Shown here: positions 8,456 to 17,620 of the stretch, one piece after another
How positions within the stretch are numbered: the stretch's first letter is position 1
Layout: each line of letters opens with the position of its first letter
Assembly (NCBI GenBank): GCA_012518795.1
Contig: JAAYRL010000029.1
Span: forward strand, 20,607-84,606
Direction: 5' to 3'
From: Clostridiaceae bacterium
GTDB lineage: Bacteria > Bacillota > Clostridia > Saccharofermentanales > DTU023
DNA: 64,000 nt
Made by a program: the position numbers and the translations under genes
Notes under the pieces: model-generated
Database searches by the model: none
Told to the model about the DNA's origin: nothing
What the model saw: only the letters and a program-made list of their open reading frames with translations

Positions 8456-9316
8456 CTAATCATCATAGTCCGAATCCTCATAATCTGAATTATCTGCTAT
8501 GGGAGCAGCAGTCGGTGCAGCTGTCGGAGCATAATCCGTTTCATCATAATCGGTGTAATCTTCAGTCGTAGCAGCTGTCGGAGCGTAATCTGTCTCATCA
8601 TAATCAGTATCATCTACTGTCGGATCGTAATCTGTTTCATCATAATCGGTGTCATCTACTGTTGGGGCAGTAGTTGGATCATAATCTGTTTCATCATAGT
8701 CCGTTTGATCTTTGGTAGTTGGTACAGTAATTGTTATAGCATTGCTGTCATCTTTATTGTCTTTTTTACTATCTTTATTGTCTTTATGATTATTATCTTT
8801 ACTTTCTTTATCATTATTATCTTTATTGTTAGTGTCAAGTTCTACATCAAGATTTAATTCACTAACTTTTTCTTCGACAGCTTTTCCGATGTTAACGATA
8901 AAATCTTCATTCGGCAAGTAAGAACCTTCCTTTAATTCTAAAGTTAGAGTTTTAGCCTGGCTGCCGACTTCATGAACAAAATATCCGGCAGTATTGATTT
9001 TATCAACTAATTCTTGAAGAACGACAGTTGAATCTTTGCCGATATAATTATCATAACCTTTTACAAGATTTGTACCATCTTTGTTTGTACCACGTACATC
9101 GGTAACCTTACCATTTTTATCATATTCAATTTCAATTTTCGGATTTATTGAAAGTACGATTACACCTCTTTCAGAATCAGTATCTATTTCTTCTAATTTA
9201 GTATTTGACTTTGTTTGGCTACCGCAACTTGTGAGTAAAAGTACCAATAATAACGCTGTGAGGGAAAGTGCCAATACTATCGAAATGATTCCTAATAAAT
9301 TTAATTTTTTATTCAT
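8456..9316 (-). CDS. Lipoprotein with lysine/aspartate-rich linker and C-terminal acidic Asp/Tyr/Thr repeat tail
   Basis: 286 aa. Signal peptide plus lipobox (LLLTSCGS). The linker reads NNKDNNDKESKDNNHKDNKDSKKDNKDD. It is followed by about 8 copies of (T/S)DYDETDYD(P/A)T-like repeats running to the C-terminus. Strong SD aaggag. Confidence 0.7.
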   Translation of the reverse strand: MNKKLNLLGIISIVLALSLTALLLVLLLTSCGSQTKSNTKLEEIDTDSERGVIVLSINPKIEIEYDKNGKVTDVRGTNKDGTNLVKGYDNYIGKDSTVVLQELVDKINTAGYFVHEVGSQAKTLTLELKEGSYLPNEDFIVNIGKAVEEKVSELNLDVELDTNNKDNNDKESKDNNHKDNKDSKKDNKDDSNAITITVPTTKDQTDYDETDYDPTTAPTVDDTDYDETDYDPTVDDTDYDETDYAPTAATTEDYTDYDETDYAPTAAPTAAPIADNSDYEDSDYDD

Positions 9317-9423
9317 TTTTCAATTCTCCTTTTTTATGAATTTTATTTCACAAACCATTTTTATTGTTTTTGGTCTATAGTGATAGATTCCGCAGCAAGT
9401 TTTTTATTATCGGGGTCATTTTT

Positions 9424-9463
9424 TAAAAAAAAGACTATCTCAAAAAAATCTTTTGAAATAGCC
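9424..9463 (-). terminator. Rho-independent terminator downstream of tRNA-Arg
   Basis: The minus strand reads GGCUAUUUC-13 nt loop-GAGAUAGUC (9 bp including 2 G-U pairs), followed by a run of 8 U. Confidence 0.55.
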
Positions 9464-9472
9464 TTTTTTGTC

Positions 9473-9549
<77 letters not shown>

Positions 9550-9847
9550 ACTATTAATTGCTTTGCAATTGTAGGCAATTAAAATAAATCTGTCAAGCAG
9601 TTTATTTGAGTAATAATGCTCGTTTAATTGCAAAGTTAAGTTCCAGTCTAAAGAAAAGGTAATGGAAATTAGTTTTACAAATAATGCTCTTTTGAATTGC
9701 AATTACTAATTAAATATACAACAAATTAACACAATTTGAATGCAATATTTTCTTGTTAATGCTTGCTAAATTCGTTAAAATAACCACAGATGTAAATCAG
9801 CTCTCTTAAATAAAGATGAAGAAAAAGAGATCTTCCAGGAGGTTTAG

Positions 9848-10477
9848 ATGGAAAACGTTTTTATTTTTGATCATCCTTTAATCCAGCACAAAATCTCATA
9901 CATGCGTGATAAAAATACTTCCACGAAAGAGTTCAGAGAATTAACAACCGAAGTATCACGCCTGATGGCATATGAGGTCACAAGAGATCTCCCTTTAAAA
10001 ACTATTGAAATTGAAACTCCGGTGGCTGTTGCCAAAGCACAAATAATTGCCGGAAAAAGTCTTGCTTTGGTTCCGATTTTAAGAGCAGGTCTCGGTATGG
10101 TTGACGGTATGCTGGATTTGATTCCAATGGCTAAGGTTGGTCATATCGGACTTTATCGTGATCCTGTAACTTTGGAAGCGGTTGAATATTATTGTAAATT
10201 ACCGGAAGATATTGAAAGCAGAGATGTCATTCTTTTAGATCCGATGCTTGCAACAGGTGTTTCCGCAGCAGATGCTGTGAGTCAGTTAAAAAAACGCAAT
10301 ATTACTTCAATAAAATTTGTATGCATCATTGCTGCTCCCGAGGGCATTAATAATCTGCAATCCACTCATCCCGATGTGCCGATCTTCTGCGCAGCAAAAG
10401 ATGAGTGCTTAAATGAAGATGCATACATTGTTCCCGGTTTAGGAGATGCAGGCGATCGACTCTTCGGTACAAAGTAA
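9848..10477 (+). CDS. upp: Uracil phosphoribosyltransferase
   Basis: 209 aa. Typical Upp N-terminus ([15 protein letters not shown]), PRPP loop ([13 protein letters not shown]) and C-terminal [18 protein letters not shown] aggagg. Confidence 0.95.
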   Translation: MENVFIFDHPLIQHKISYMRDKNTSTKEFRELTTEVSRLMAYEVTRDLPLKTIEIETPVAVAKAQIIAGKSLALVPILRAGLGMVDGMLDLIPMAKVGHIGLYRDPVTLEAVEYYCKLPEDIESRDVILLDPMLATGVSAADAVSQLKKRNITSIKFVCIIAAPEGINNLQSTHPDVPIFCAAKDECLNEDAYIVPGLGDAGDRLFGTK

Positions 10478-10499
10478 TATCTGTAATAATTAAAGATAA

Positions 10500-11582
10500 T
10501 TATTCAACATGAAAATAAAAAGTTCGTTCAGCAAACTTCAAACGACATTGGTCCGGCAACAGATAAGTTTGATGTTTGTTAAGCTTTTTTTCATCTAAAG
10601 TTGTTCCGTTTGCAGAACCGAGATCTTCTAAAAAATAATGACTGCCATGTCGAGAAATTCTGGCATGTACTCTGCCGATAGTTGATTGAGTTAAAACCAA
10701 ATCACAAATCATTTTATCTCTACCAATCAAAAACTCATCTACCAGAATGAATGCTCGGATTCCTTCACTCTCGGCAAGTGTTCCCGGTGGTCCTTCTGAA
10801 AGCATTGCTAAACGAAACAAATCATCTTGAGGATTTAACGGAACTGTTGTTTCGCTCGGAACAGTCTTTTTATACCTATTTATATTTTTCAAGCGATTTG
10901 CAAATTTTTTAATTAAACTGTTTTTGGCCGGTTTTGATTTTTTATTCGATTTATTATTTTTATGCAATATTGATTTATTTACCGGTTCAGTTAATGGTTC
11001 TATATTCTTCTTTAGTTTTGTGTTTTTAAGATGATTATCTAATAAAATTTTAGCTTCCTTAAAACGATCTTCTAAGATTAATTGATAATGGCCGCTGACA
11101 ACATTTTTCAGTTCAGATTTACTGTCTATAATATAATTCCAAAGATTACCTGATTTTTGCTTAATTGAAGAAACGGGTATTCCAATCTGCAAATCTGAAG
11201 GTATAACAAACCATTGAAGTTCGGTAATAATTGAATGTTTTTTACAAAATGTAATTAACTCGGGTCTAATTAAATTGAGATTTGGTTTTATTAAATGTTG
11301 ATGCAGTTCAGATAAATTATCGGTAATAATTTTTAACAGTGTCAAATAAAAAGATTTTTGCATACCGCAATCAGCAGTTTTAAATTTTTTGGATTCACAC
11401 CAATCAAATAATATATTTTTATCTGTTGAGATGTTAAATAAAAGATAATTTAGCTGACTATTTGAGTCGGAAATCTTGACGAAGTCGTTAGAAAAAGTAA
11501 AGTTTAGTTGTAATAAATGCAGAAGTTCCGACTCCTGCATTTGATTAATCTTTTTCAAATCTAAACGGATATACGGATTCAT
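10500..11582 (-). CDS. FHA-domain protein (C-terminal FHA, uncharacterised N-terminal domain, basic linker)
   Basis: 360 aa. The C-terminal ~90 aa match the FHA pattern (FLIGRD...GRVHARISRHGSHYFLEDLGSANGTTLDEKKL). A Lys/Asn-rich linker precedes it. It is the last gene of the Tad-like operon. Confidence 0.75.
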   Translation of the reverse strand: MNPYIRLDLKKINQMQESELLHLLQLNFTFSNDFVKISDSNSQLNYLLFNISTDKNILFDWCESKKFKTADCGMQKSFYLTLLKIITDNLSELHQHLIKPNLNLIRPELITFCKKHSIITELQWFVIPSDLQIGIPVSSIKQKSGNLWNYIIDSKSELKNVVSGHYQLILEDRFKEAKILLDNHLKNTKLKKNIEPLTEPVNKSILHKNNKSNKKSKPAKNSLIKKFANRLKNINRYKKTVPSETTVPLNPQDDLFRLAMLSEGPPGTLAESEGIRAFILVDEFLIGRDKMICDLVLTQSTIGRVHARISRHGSHYFLEDLGSANGTTLDEKKLNKHQTYLLPDQCRLKFAERTFYFHVE

Positions 11583-11606
11583 TTTGATACGATGTTTTTT
11601 TTGTTA

Positions 11607-11795
11607 TCAGTAGCTGATATCTTCGATTATCGAATAATCGAAAACCTTATTGATCAGGCTTTTAGCAAAGCTTGATAATTGAGTTCTGAAGATTAAGGCA
11701 ACTGCAACCAGTACAGCTATTATTAATACTATTTCCAATGTACCTAAACCTTGTTCGTCTTGTAGTTTTTGTTGAAATTCTTTGTTTTTAAACAT
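11607..11795 (-). CDS. flp: Flp-type (type IVb/Tad) prepilin
   Basis: 62 aa. A polar leader ends in GLG and is followed by TLEIVLIIAVLVAVALIF, which is the G/xxE + hydrophobic helix layout of Flp prepilins. It lies directly downstream of the TadB/C-like gene. Confidence 0.65.
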   Translation of the reverse strand: MFKNKEFQQKLQDEQGLGTLEIVLIIAVLVAVALIFRTQLSSFAKSLINKVFDYSIIEDISY

Positions 11796-11982
11796 GATTT
11801 TTCCCTTTCTAAATATTAAATAATAATTTCTGATTAATAAAATTGACTTGTTATTTAAATGTTTCTATTTATTCGATTAATTAAAATCGGCTTCTTTTCC
11901 TGTTTTCTCCAAACTGAATTTATAACTTAATGCATAAGGTGGCTTTTTAACATAAAAAGTGAAGATAAAATATACTTAAAAG

Positions 11983-13494
11983 TTAAAGCTGCAAATTACT
12001 CATGCTGGCAACAGCAGGCAACATTGCCATGATTATTACAATAAATAAATCTGTTGCCATCGGTAATAACAAAGCCATATTTTTGGTTTGCAAACGACGA
12101 CGCATCGCATTGCGATATAATTGCCAACTGGCGTTAGCTTGTAAATCCAGAATGTCCAATATTTCTTGTCCTCCATCTCGATCATAACGTGCCATTAATT
12201 GCAAAACGGAGGCGATTTCTTCTTGCGGTAAATTTTCTGTTATTTGCAGTACAGCAACAGATGCACTTTCTCCCACACTTAAAGCATGTTTAATCTGCGC
12301 AAGATCAGATTTAAGTTGTGAATTGCGACTATTTTGATATGAATCGATCATTAACCTCAGACTGCGGTCTAGACTGATTCCGCTGCGTAATAGAACAACC
12401 ATTGAATTTAGAAAGGTAGGATATTCAATCCTGATCTGTTGTTTTAACTTATTCTCTCTCCGGATGAGATCTAAATCCTGAATGAACCAAAAAAATAGAG
12501 GAACGATTAATAAAATCGACCAAGAGATTATATTTAGCAAACAAAACACGCAGGCTATCAATGTAATAGTAAAGGTAATAATTATTTTTCTTTTAAGATA
12601 AATCAGCCAAGCATGAGGTTTATTTTGCGATAGAATCCTCACAGTTTCAGCTAAGTTATAACCGAGTTTGGTAGGAGCGTAGGTTAATATAAACTGAGCA
12701 GTAAATGTTATGAATTTTGATTTAGGCTTTTTACCCGATAAATTAATAAAAACATCTTTTTCTTTAAAGCTTGCCGGATTTTGTGCGAAAATAATTAAAG
12801 TCCAGCAAATTGCTAAATGTGCAATCAAGAATATTATTGCCAATAAAGGCCTGCTCCATTTAACTTCCGACAAGGAACTTGCATATGAAGAACTATTTTT
12901 GATCAATACAAATGAAAATATAAAGGGCAAAAATATAAGAATAACTGCTTCACTGTTCTGAGCATTTTGTTCTGACTGAATCTCTTTTTGCATTTGGATT
13001 TCCGCATTTAAGGTACGATGAGTTTGCTTGACGAAAACATCCAGGCGACCACCATAATGATTGAGATAAGGTAAAACATCAAAAAATGCATCACCCGCTT
13101 TGCATTTAAATTGATTTTTCAGATTAAGTAAACAACGATCTAAATCAAGTTGTGCTTTCATGCCTTGATTTAACTGTTTCAAACATTTAGCTAATAGACT
13201 TCTGCGCCCCAATTCTTCTTGGAGACGATTTGATGCTTCCAGCAATGTGACTTCTAAGGTATGTCCTGCCGCCAGCCTGCTGCTCAGATATTCAAGCAAA
13301 ATTTTATACTGCTCATTTTTGGCAGATGCTGTTCTACCCATAATAAATTTAGTTAGACCATAACAGATAATCAACGCTGCGAGAAATATAATCAGGATGC
13401 TTTGATTTTGCAAATCAATCCAAGTCAAAGATGATAAATATACAAAAAGCAAAGCTGGTAATACCATTTTGGAAAATTGTTTTAGATATGACAT
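11983..13494 (-). CDS. TadB/TadC-like platform protein (two T2SS-F-like halves fused)
   Basis: 503 aa polytopic protein. It has two repeated soluble segments of the GspF/T2SSF type (LSSRLAAGHTLEVTLLEASNRL and LLRSGISLDRSLRLMIDSY), each flanked by TM helices. It overlaps the upstream ATPase gene by 13 nt. Confidence 0.65.
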   Translation of the reverse strand: MSYLKQFSKMVLPALLFVYLSSLTWIDLQNQSILIIFLAALIICYGLTKFIMGRTASAKNEQYKILLEYLSSRLAAGHTLEVTLLEASNRLQEELGRRSLLAKCLKQLNQGMKAQLDLDRCLLNLKNQFKCKAGDAFFDVLPYLNHYGGRLDVFVKQTHRTLNAEIQMQKEIQSEQNAQNSEAVILIFLPFIFSFVLIKNSSSYASSLSEVKWSRPLLAIIFLIAHLAICWTLIIFAQNPASFKEKDVFINLSGKKPKSKFITFTAQFILTYAPTKLGYNLAETVRILSQNKPHAWLIYLKRKIIITFTITLIACVFCLLNIISWSILLIVPLFFWFIQDLDLIRRENKLKQQIRIEYPTFLNSMVVLLRSGISLDRSLRLMIDSYQNSRNSQLKSDLAQIKHALSVGESASVAVLQITENLPQEEIASVLQLMARYDRDGGQEILDILDLQANASWQLYRNAMRRRLQTKNMALLLPMATDLFIVIIMAMLPAVASMSNLQL

Positions 13495-14660
13495 ATTAGC
13501 TTGTCTCCTTGCCTGCTAAATAAAAATTCAATTTGAAATTGCTGATTTTCATATCCTGTAATACGACTTATTTCTTGAACAATTCTTTTTCCGTTAGGCA
13601 GTCTGGTCAAGTGAACGTTTACATCAAGTGCCGAGGCGACTAATCTGCGTACAGCGTCCCAAGGCAAACTGGAAGACATCAAGATCATCAAACTGATTCG
13701 ATTCAACATTTCCAAACTGTTGTTTCCGTGTCCGGTAGACATAGATCCCGGATGACCGGTGCTCATTGCTTGAATCATCTCGAAAGCTTCACTTCCTCTG
13801 ATTTCTCCGACTAAAATACGATCCGGTCTTAGTCTTAGTGAAGAACGGATTAATTGGTCCAGTGTAATAGCTCCCTGACCGTCCGGTCCGGACTCTCTGG
13901 CTTCTAAACGTACAAGATTGTCGATTCCTTGCAAATCCAATTCAAGATTATCTTCAATTGTTACGATTCTTTCCTGTTTACCGATATAGGCTGAAAGCGC
14001 ATTGAGAAAAGTTGTTTTCCCTGTCCCGGTACCACCGGAAATAAATATGTTCTTTTTGTTCTGCACAAATTCAATCAATGTATTTGCTGCATGTTCTGTT
14101 AATGTCTGATGTTCGACCAAAGATTCTAAGCGAGGTCTGATCCCCGTAAATCTTCTAATGCTCATAACCGGCCCTTCAGGTGCAGCGGGCGGCAGAACGG
14201 CATGTATCCGTGAGCCGTCAGCTAAACGCATACCGTTAATCGGATTTTGTTCATTTATTAAACGGTTGGCCTTGCCGAAAAAGCGAGTTATCACATGAGT
14301 CAAATGTTCGGTATGATCAAATTTCACTGATGTCTGATAAATTTGACCATCTCTTTCTACAAAGATAGCTTCAGCGCCGTTGACCATAATTTCAGTAATT
14401 GAATTATCATCAATAAACGGTTGCAACAAGTCTAAACCGCGCATTGTATTAAACAATTGATTGATTAATCTTTTTCTTTCCGGCAGATTAAGTTGAGACA
14501 TATCTTGATATTTAGCTACTAGTTTTGTTAATAACTGCTTCAATTCGACGTCAGACAGACGATCAATTTCCGAATATTTAGCGACTAAATGCTCAATGAA
14601 TTTCTGTCGGGCTTGATGATTTAACATATTACTAGACCTGCTTATCTTACTTGGTGTCAT
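13482..14660 (-). CDS. cpaF: CpaF/TadA-family secretion ATPase
   Basis: 392 aa. Walker A is GGTGTGKTT, the Asp box/Walker B region is RPDRILVGEIRGSEA, and the His box is GHPGSMSTGH. These are typical of VirB11/CpaF ATPases. Confidence 0.85.
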   Translation of the reverse strand: MTPSKISRSSNMLNHQARQKFIEHLVAKYSEIDRLSDVELKQLLTKLVAKYQDMSQLNLPERKRLINQLFNTMRGLDLLQPFIDDNSITEIMVNGAEAIFVERDGQIYQTSVKFDHTEHLTHVITRFFGKANRLINEQNPINGMRLADGSRIHAVLPPAAPEGPVMSIRRFTGIRPRLESLVEHQTLTEHAANTLIEFVQNKKNIFISGGTGTGKTTFLNALSAYIGKQERIVTIEDNLELDLQGIDNLVRLEARESGPDGQGAITLDQLIRSSLRLRPDRILVGEIRGSEAFEMIQAMSTGHPGSMSTGHGNNSLEMLNRISLMILMSSSLPWDAVRRLVASALDVNVHLTRLPNGKRIVQEISRITGYENQQFQIEFLFSRQGDKLICHI

Positions 14661-14722
14661 ACTGCTATTCCGGTTGTCACGATTTGCTTGTACCTCTCAG
14701 AACTGAATTATGCCTGCTCTAC

Positions 14723-15661
14723 CTACGACTTACCCGGGGCAATCGGTTCGAATTTAACAGTCGGACTTTTTTCTGCCAGAAATGTCGCAATTTCTGTTTT
14801 AGCAATACGTACTCCATAACTATCTTCTTCACCTAAGTCGAAATGACATACATCACAAACTGATGCTAAATCTTTAACTAAACGGAAAGGGCCGGCTTCA
14901 ACATCAATTAAACCGACGCTAGATTTTTCATGTTGGATAATAAATTTATTAAATAATTTTCCGATGGTTTGAATTGATTGATGTTCATAAGTAAATATAT
15001 CGTCTGCAGCTGAATTACCTCGAGATAAGAAAATGCCGGATTTTTGTTTTTCGAAAATTAATCCTAAATCTTTTTCGGTAATTTCAATATCTTGTTCAAT
15101 TTGTAAAACGAGATCGGATAAGTTCGGCCCGGCGTGAAAATCAGCTTGATAATTCCATAAATACAGAGGTTTGAGCGGTAATACGAAAATCTTATTCCCT
15201 TCAGAATTTTGCTCAATTAACCATTTTTGACAAAACTGATGACGAACATGCTGATTAAAAGTGAAAAGCAAATGAATTTTATTCTGTCGTATATCAATTC
15301 GTTGCTCCATTTGATCAAGTTTTAATATGAGCCAATGCAACCACTCTGCAATTGTAGTTCTGCGGGATAAAACCAAAAAATCGGATTCGTTAGAATTGCT
15401 GTCAGATGCTTGTACATCAAAAGGAACTGTCGTATTATCAAGCCTAATAATTTTTTGATTTTCAATTTTTTCTAATTGGAGCAGATATCGTTGGTCAAAA
15501 AAATAACTTGTGTGGACAATGATTAAGTCAAAATTTTCCTTTAATTCTGCCGGTGAAACTAATAGCTCAATTTTTGCGATTGGCTTTAATTTCGGATTGA
15601 GCTGTTTTTGCAGCTTTTCTGCGTATTTTTGATTTGGATCGATAAGATAAACTTTTCTCAT
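14723..15661 (-). CDS. Hypothetical protein, first gene of the Tad-like operon (possibly a degenerate TadZ/CpaE-like factor without P-loop)
   Basis: 312 aa and soluble. The position matches where TadZ/CpaE sits in Tad loci, but I see no KGGxGK(S/T) Walker A. The functional guess is positional only. Confidence 0.4.
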   Translation of the reverse strand: MRKVYLIDPNQKYAEKLQKQLNPKLKPIAKIELLVSPAELKENFDLIIVHTSYFFDQRYLLQLEKIENQKIIRLDNTTVPFDVQASDSNSNESDFLVLSRRTTIAEWLHWLILKLDQMEQRIDIRQNKIHLLFTFNQHVRHQFCQKWLIEQNSEGNKIFVLPLKPLYLWNYQADFHAGPNLSDLVLQIEQDIEITEKDLGLIFEKQKSGIFLSRGNSAADDIFTYEHQSIQTIGKLFNKFIIQHEKSSVGLIDVEAGPFRLVKDLASVCDVCHFDLGEEDSYGVRIAKTEIATFLAEKSPTVKFEPIAPGKS

Positions 15662-16095
15662 GATTATTTCTCACTCTTCTGTTTGCTTTGTCAATATAAA
15701 AACAACACCAGCCTGCTAATAGGACATTCTTAAACATAAAGATGATTTTTAAATTTAATAAAGTGAAGTGATTCTGAATTTAATGAATAAGATAATTTGA
15801 AATTATGTTGTACCTATTGTACATCTGAAATGGAGCGTATGCGGTTGGTTTTTTTGGTAAACATTAATAAAATTTGGAAAAAAGTTAAAAATATGAAATT
15901 AGATAGATTCATGGTGAAATCTTTTCGTAAATCAAATAAATGAACATAAATAATTAACCTTAGCTACATGACAATGCGGTATATTCTATCTATAATTAAT
16001 ACTAAGTTTTAGTATAAAAAATACAAAAAACGCAAAATAAATTTAACATCCTATTTTGTTTTAAAAATATAGACAATGAAAGTGTAAGGTGATGT

Positions 16096-17388
16096 ATGCT
16101 CAATATTTTAGATGAGGCCAAATGGTGTCTGCAATGTAAAAAACCGAAGTGTAGAGAAGCTTGTCCAATTAACAATCCGATTCCGGAATTTATCAAATTA
16201 TTGATTGATGGAAAAATCAAAGAAGCGGGAAATCTAGTGTTCACGAATAATCCATTGACTATAGTTTGTTCATTGGTTTGTCCGCATAGTGAGTATTGTC
16301 AGGGTCATTGTATCCGAGGTATCAAGTCGACACCGGTGCAAATCGGACAGATTGAACATTATATCGCTCAGTACTGTTTGGATCATCTGGATTTATTTTC
16401 TACACAGGAGTATAGCGGAGAGATCGGCGTGATAGGTGGTGGTGCAGCAGGGATCGCATTGGCATTCTATTTGCAAAGGGTAGGTTATCAAGTGACGATA
16501 TATGAAAGTCAAGCCCGTATTGGCGGTATTATGCGTTATGGCATACCGGAATTCCGTTTACCGAAGTCGATTCTGGATCGCTTGGAAACCAAATTACGTG
16601 AATTGGGTGTAATAATTCATCCGCATACAATTGTCGGACCGACTACAACTGTTGACGATATGTTGCGTGACGGTTTTGATGCGGTGTTTATGAGTACGGG
16701 AGTATGGAAACCGATTAAACTGGAAATACCCGGAGATTCTTTGGGACATGTACATTATGCGATCAATTTTCTCAAATCGCCTGAAGTATTTGATCTTGGT
16801 AATAAGGTTGTTGTAATCGGGGCCGGCAATGTAGCGATGGATTGTGCCCGGACTGCGATCAGACAATCCGTACGCGAAGTAGTTGTTTTATACCGCAAAG
16901 GTGAAGCCGATATGCCTTGTCGTCATGATGAATACGGTTGGGCAAAAATGGACGGGGTTTTGTTTTCATTTTATTCCACACCGACCCGCATCACGAAAGA
17001 AGGGATTTATTATATTGATAATTCTGAGAATGGATCGGGGGAAGAAGAATTTATTGAAGCCGATACGGTAATTATTGCTATCTCACAAGAATCACAGAAA
17101 AACATTGTAGCAACCTCGCCGGAAATTGAATTGGATGAAAGAGGTCGTGTCATAGTAGATGAACATATGATGACTACAAAAGAAGGGGTTTTTGCCTCAG
17201 GTGATGTTGTAACCGGTGCAAAAACAGTCAATCAGGCAGTTTCACAAGCTAAACATGCAGCCAATACAATTCATAACTATGTACAATCAAAGAAAAATCC
17301 GCAATGGAAAGAAGAGTTGTTATATTCATATGATATTATGGAAACAAAAGATGAGGACTTAGCAAGATTCAAAAGACAGGATGCTTGA
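16096..17388 (+). CDS. GltD/NfnB/SudA-family NAD(P)H-dependent oxidoreductase (glutamate synthase small-subunit-like), stand-alone
   Basis: 430 aa. N-terminal Cys clusters (CLQCKKPKCREACP, CPHSEYCQGHC). Two dinucleotide folds (VIGGGAAGIALA, VVVIGAGNVAMDCA). C-terminal FASGDVV. No large-subunit or NfnA-like partner is adjacent. Confidence 0.75.
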   Translation: MLNILDEAKWCLQCKKPKCREACPINNPIPEFIKLLIDGKIKEAGNLVFTNNPLTIVCSLVCPHSEYCQGHCIRGIKSTPVQIGQIEHYIAQYCLDHLDLFSTQEYSGEIGVIGGGAAGIALAFYLQRVGYQVTIYESQARIGGIMRYGIPEFRLPKSILDRLETKLRELGVIIHPHTIVGPTTTVDDMLRDGFDAVFMSTGVWKPIKLEIPGDSLGHVHYAINFLKSPEVFDLGNKVVVIGAGNVAMDCARTAIRQSVREVVVLYRKGEADMPCRHDEYGWAKMDGVLFSFYSTPTRITKEGIYYIDNSENGSGEEEFIEADTVIIAISQESQKNIVATSPEIELDERGRVIVDEHMMTTKEGVFASGDVVTGAKTVNQAVSQAKHAANTIHNYVQSKKNPQWKEELLYSYDIMETKDEDLARFKRQDA

Positions 17389-17437
17389 CAGTTGTCTAAT
17401 CTGGTGTTAGGTTAAAAAACAAGTTAATATAATTTTA

Positions 17438-17565
17438 TTCTTATCTAGAGTGGTGGAGGGAACGGCCCTGTGAAACCCGGCAACCCTAAGAGGGTGCCAA
17501 TTCCGGCAGGTTATACCTGAGAGATGAGTTCAATAAAGCTTCTCCGGGTGAGAGGCTTTTTTTAT
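17438..17565 (+). promoter_or_regulatory. SAM-I (S-box) riboswitch with intrinsic terminator, leader of metK
   Basis: TTCTTATCTAGAGTGGTGGAGGGAACGGCCCTGTGAAACCCGGCAACC...GGTGCCAATTCCGGCAGG...GAGAGATGAG matches the S-box core. The terminator AGCUUCUC-cggg-GAGAGGCU plus a U run lies at 17537-17563. Confidence 0.9.
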
Positions 17566-17620
17566 AACTAAGTTAAAAGAAATTATAAGAAATGCCAAAA
17601 TTGAAGAAAGGTTGATTAAT

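Noticed and set aside
9815-9847. PyrR binding site overlapping the upp RBS (CUUCCAGGAGGUUU)
   Set aside because: It resembles UCCAGAGAGG, but one base is missing and the match is essentially the SD itself. I found no supporting anti-antiterminator or terminator hairpins.
15832-15945. 37-aa basic ORF in the 430-bp AT-rich gap upstream of the Tad-like operon
   Set aside because: It has no SD and no recognisable features. It is indistinguishable from chance in AT-rich DNA.
16002-16244. 80-aa minus-strand ORF across the start of the GltD-like gene
   Set aside because: It overlaps the promoter, RBS and Cys-cluster coding region of a supported gene. It has no SD.
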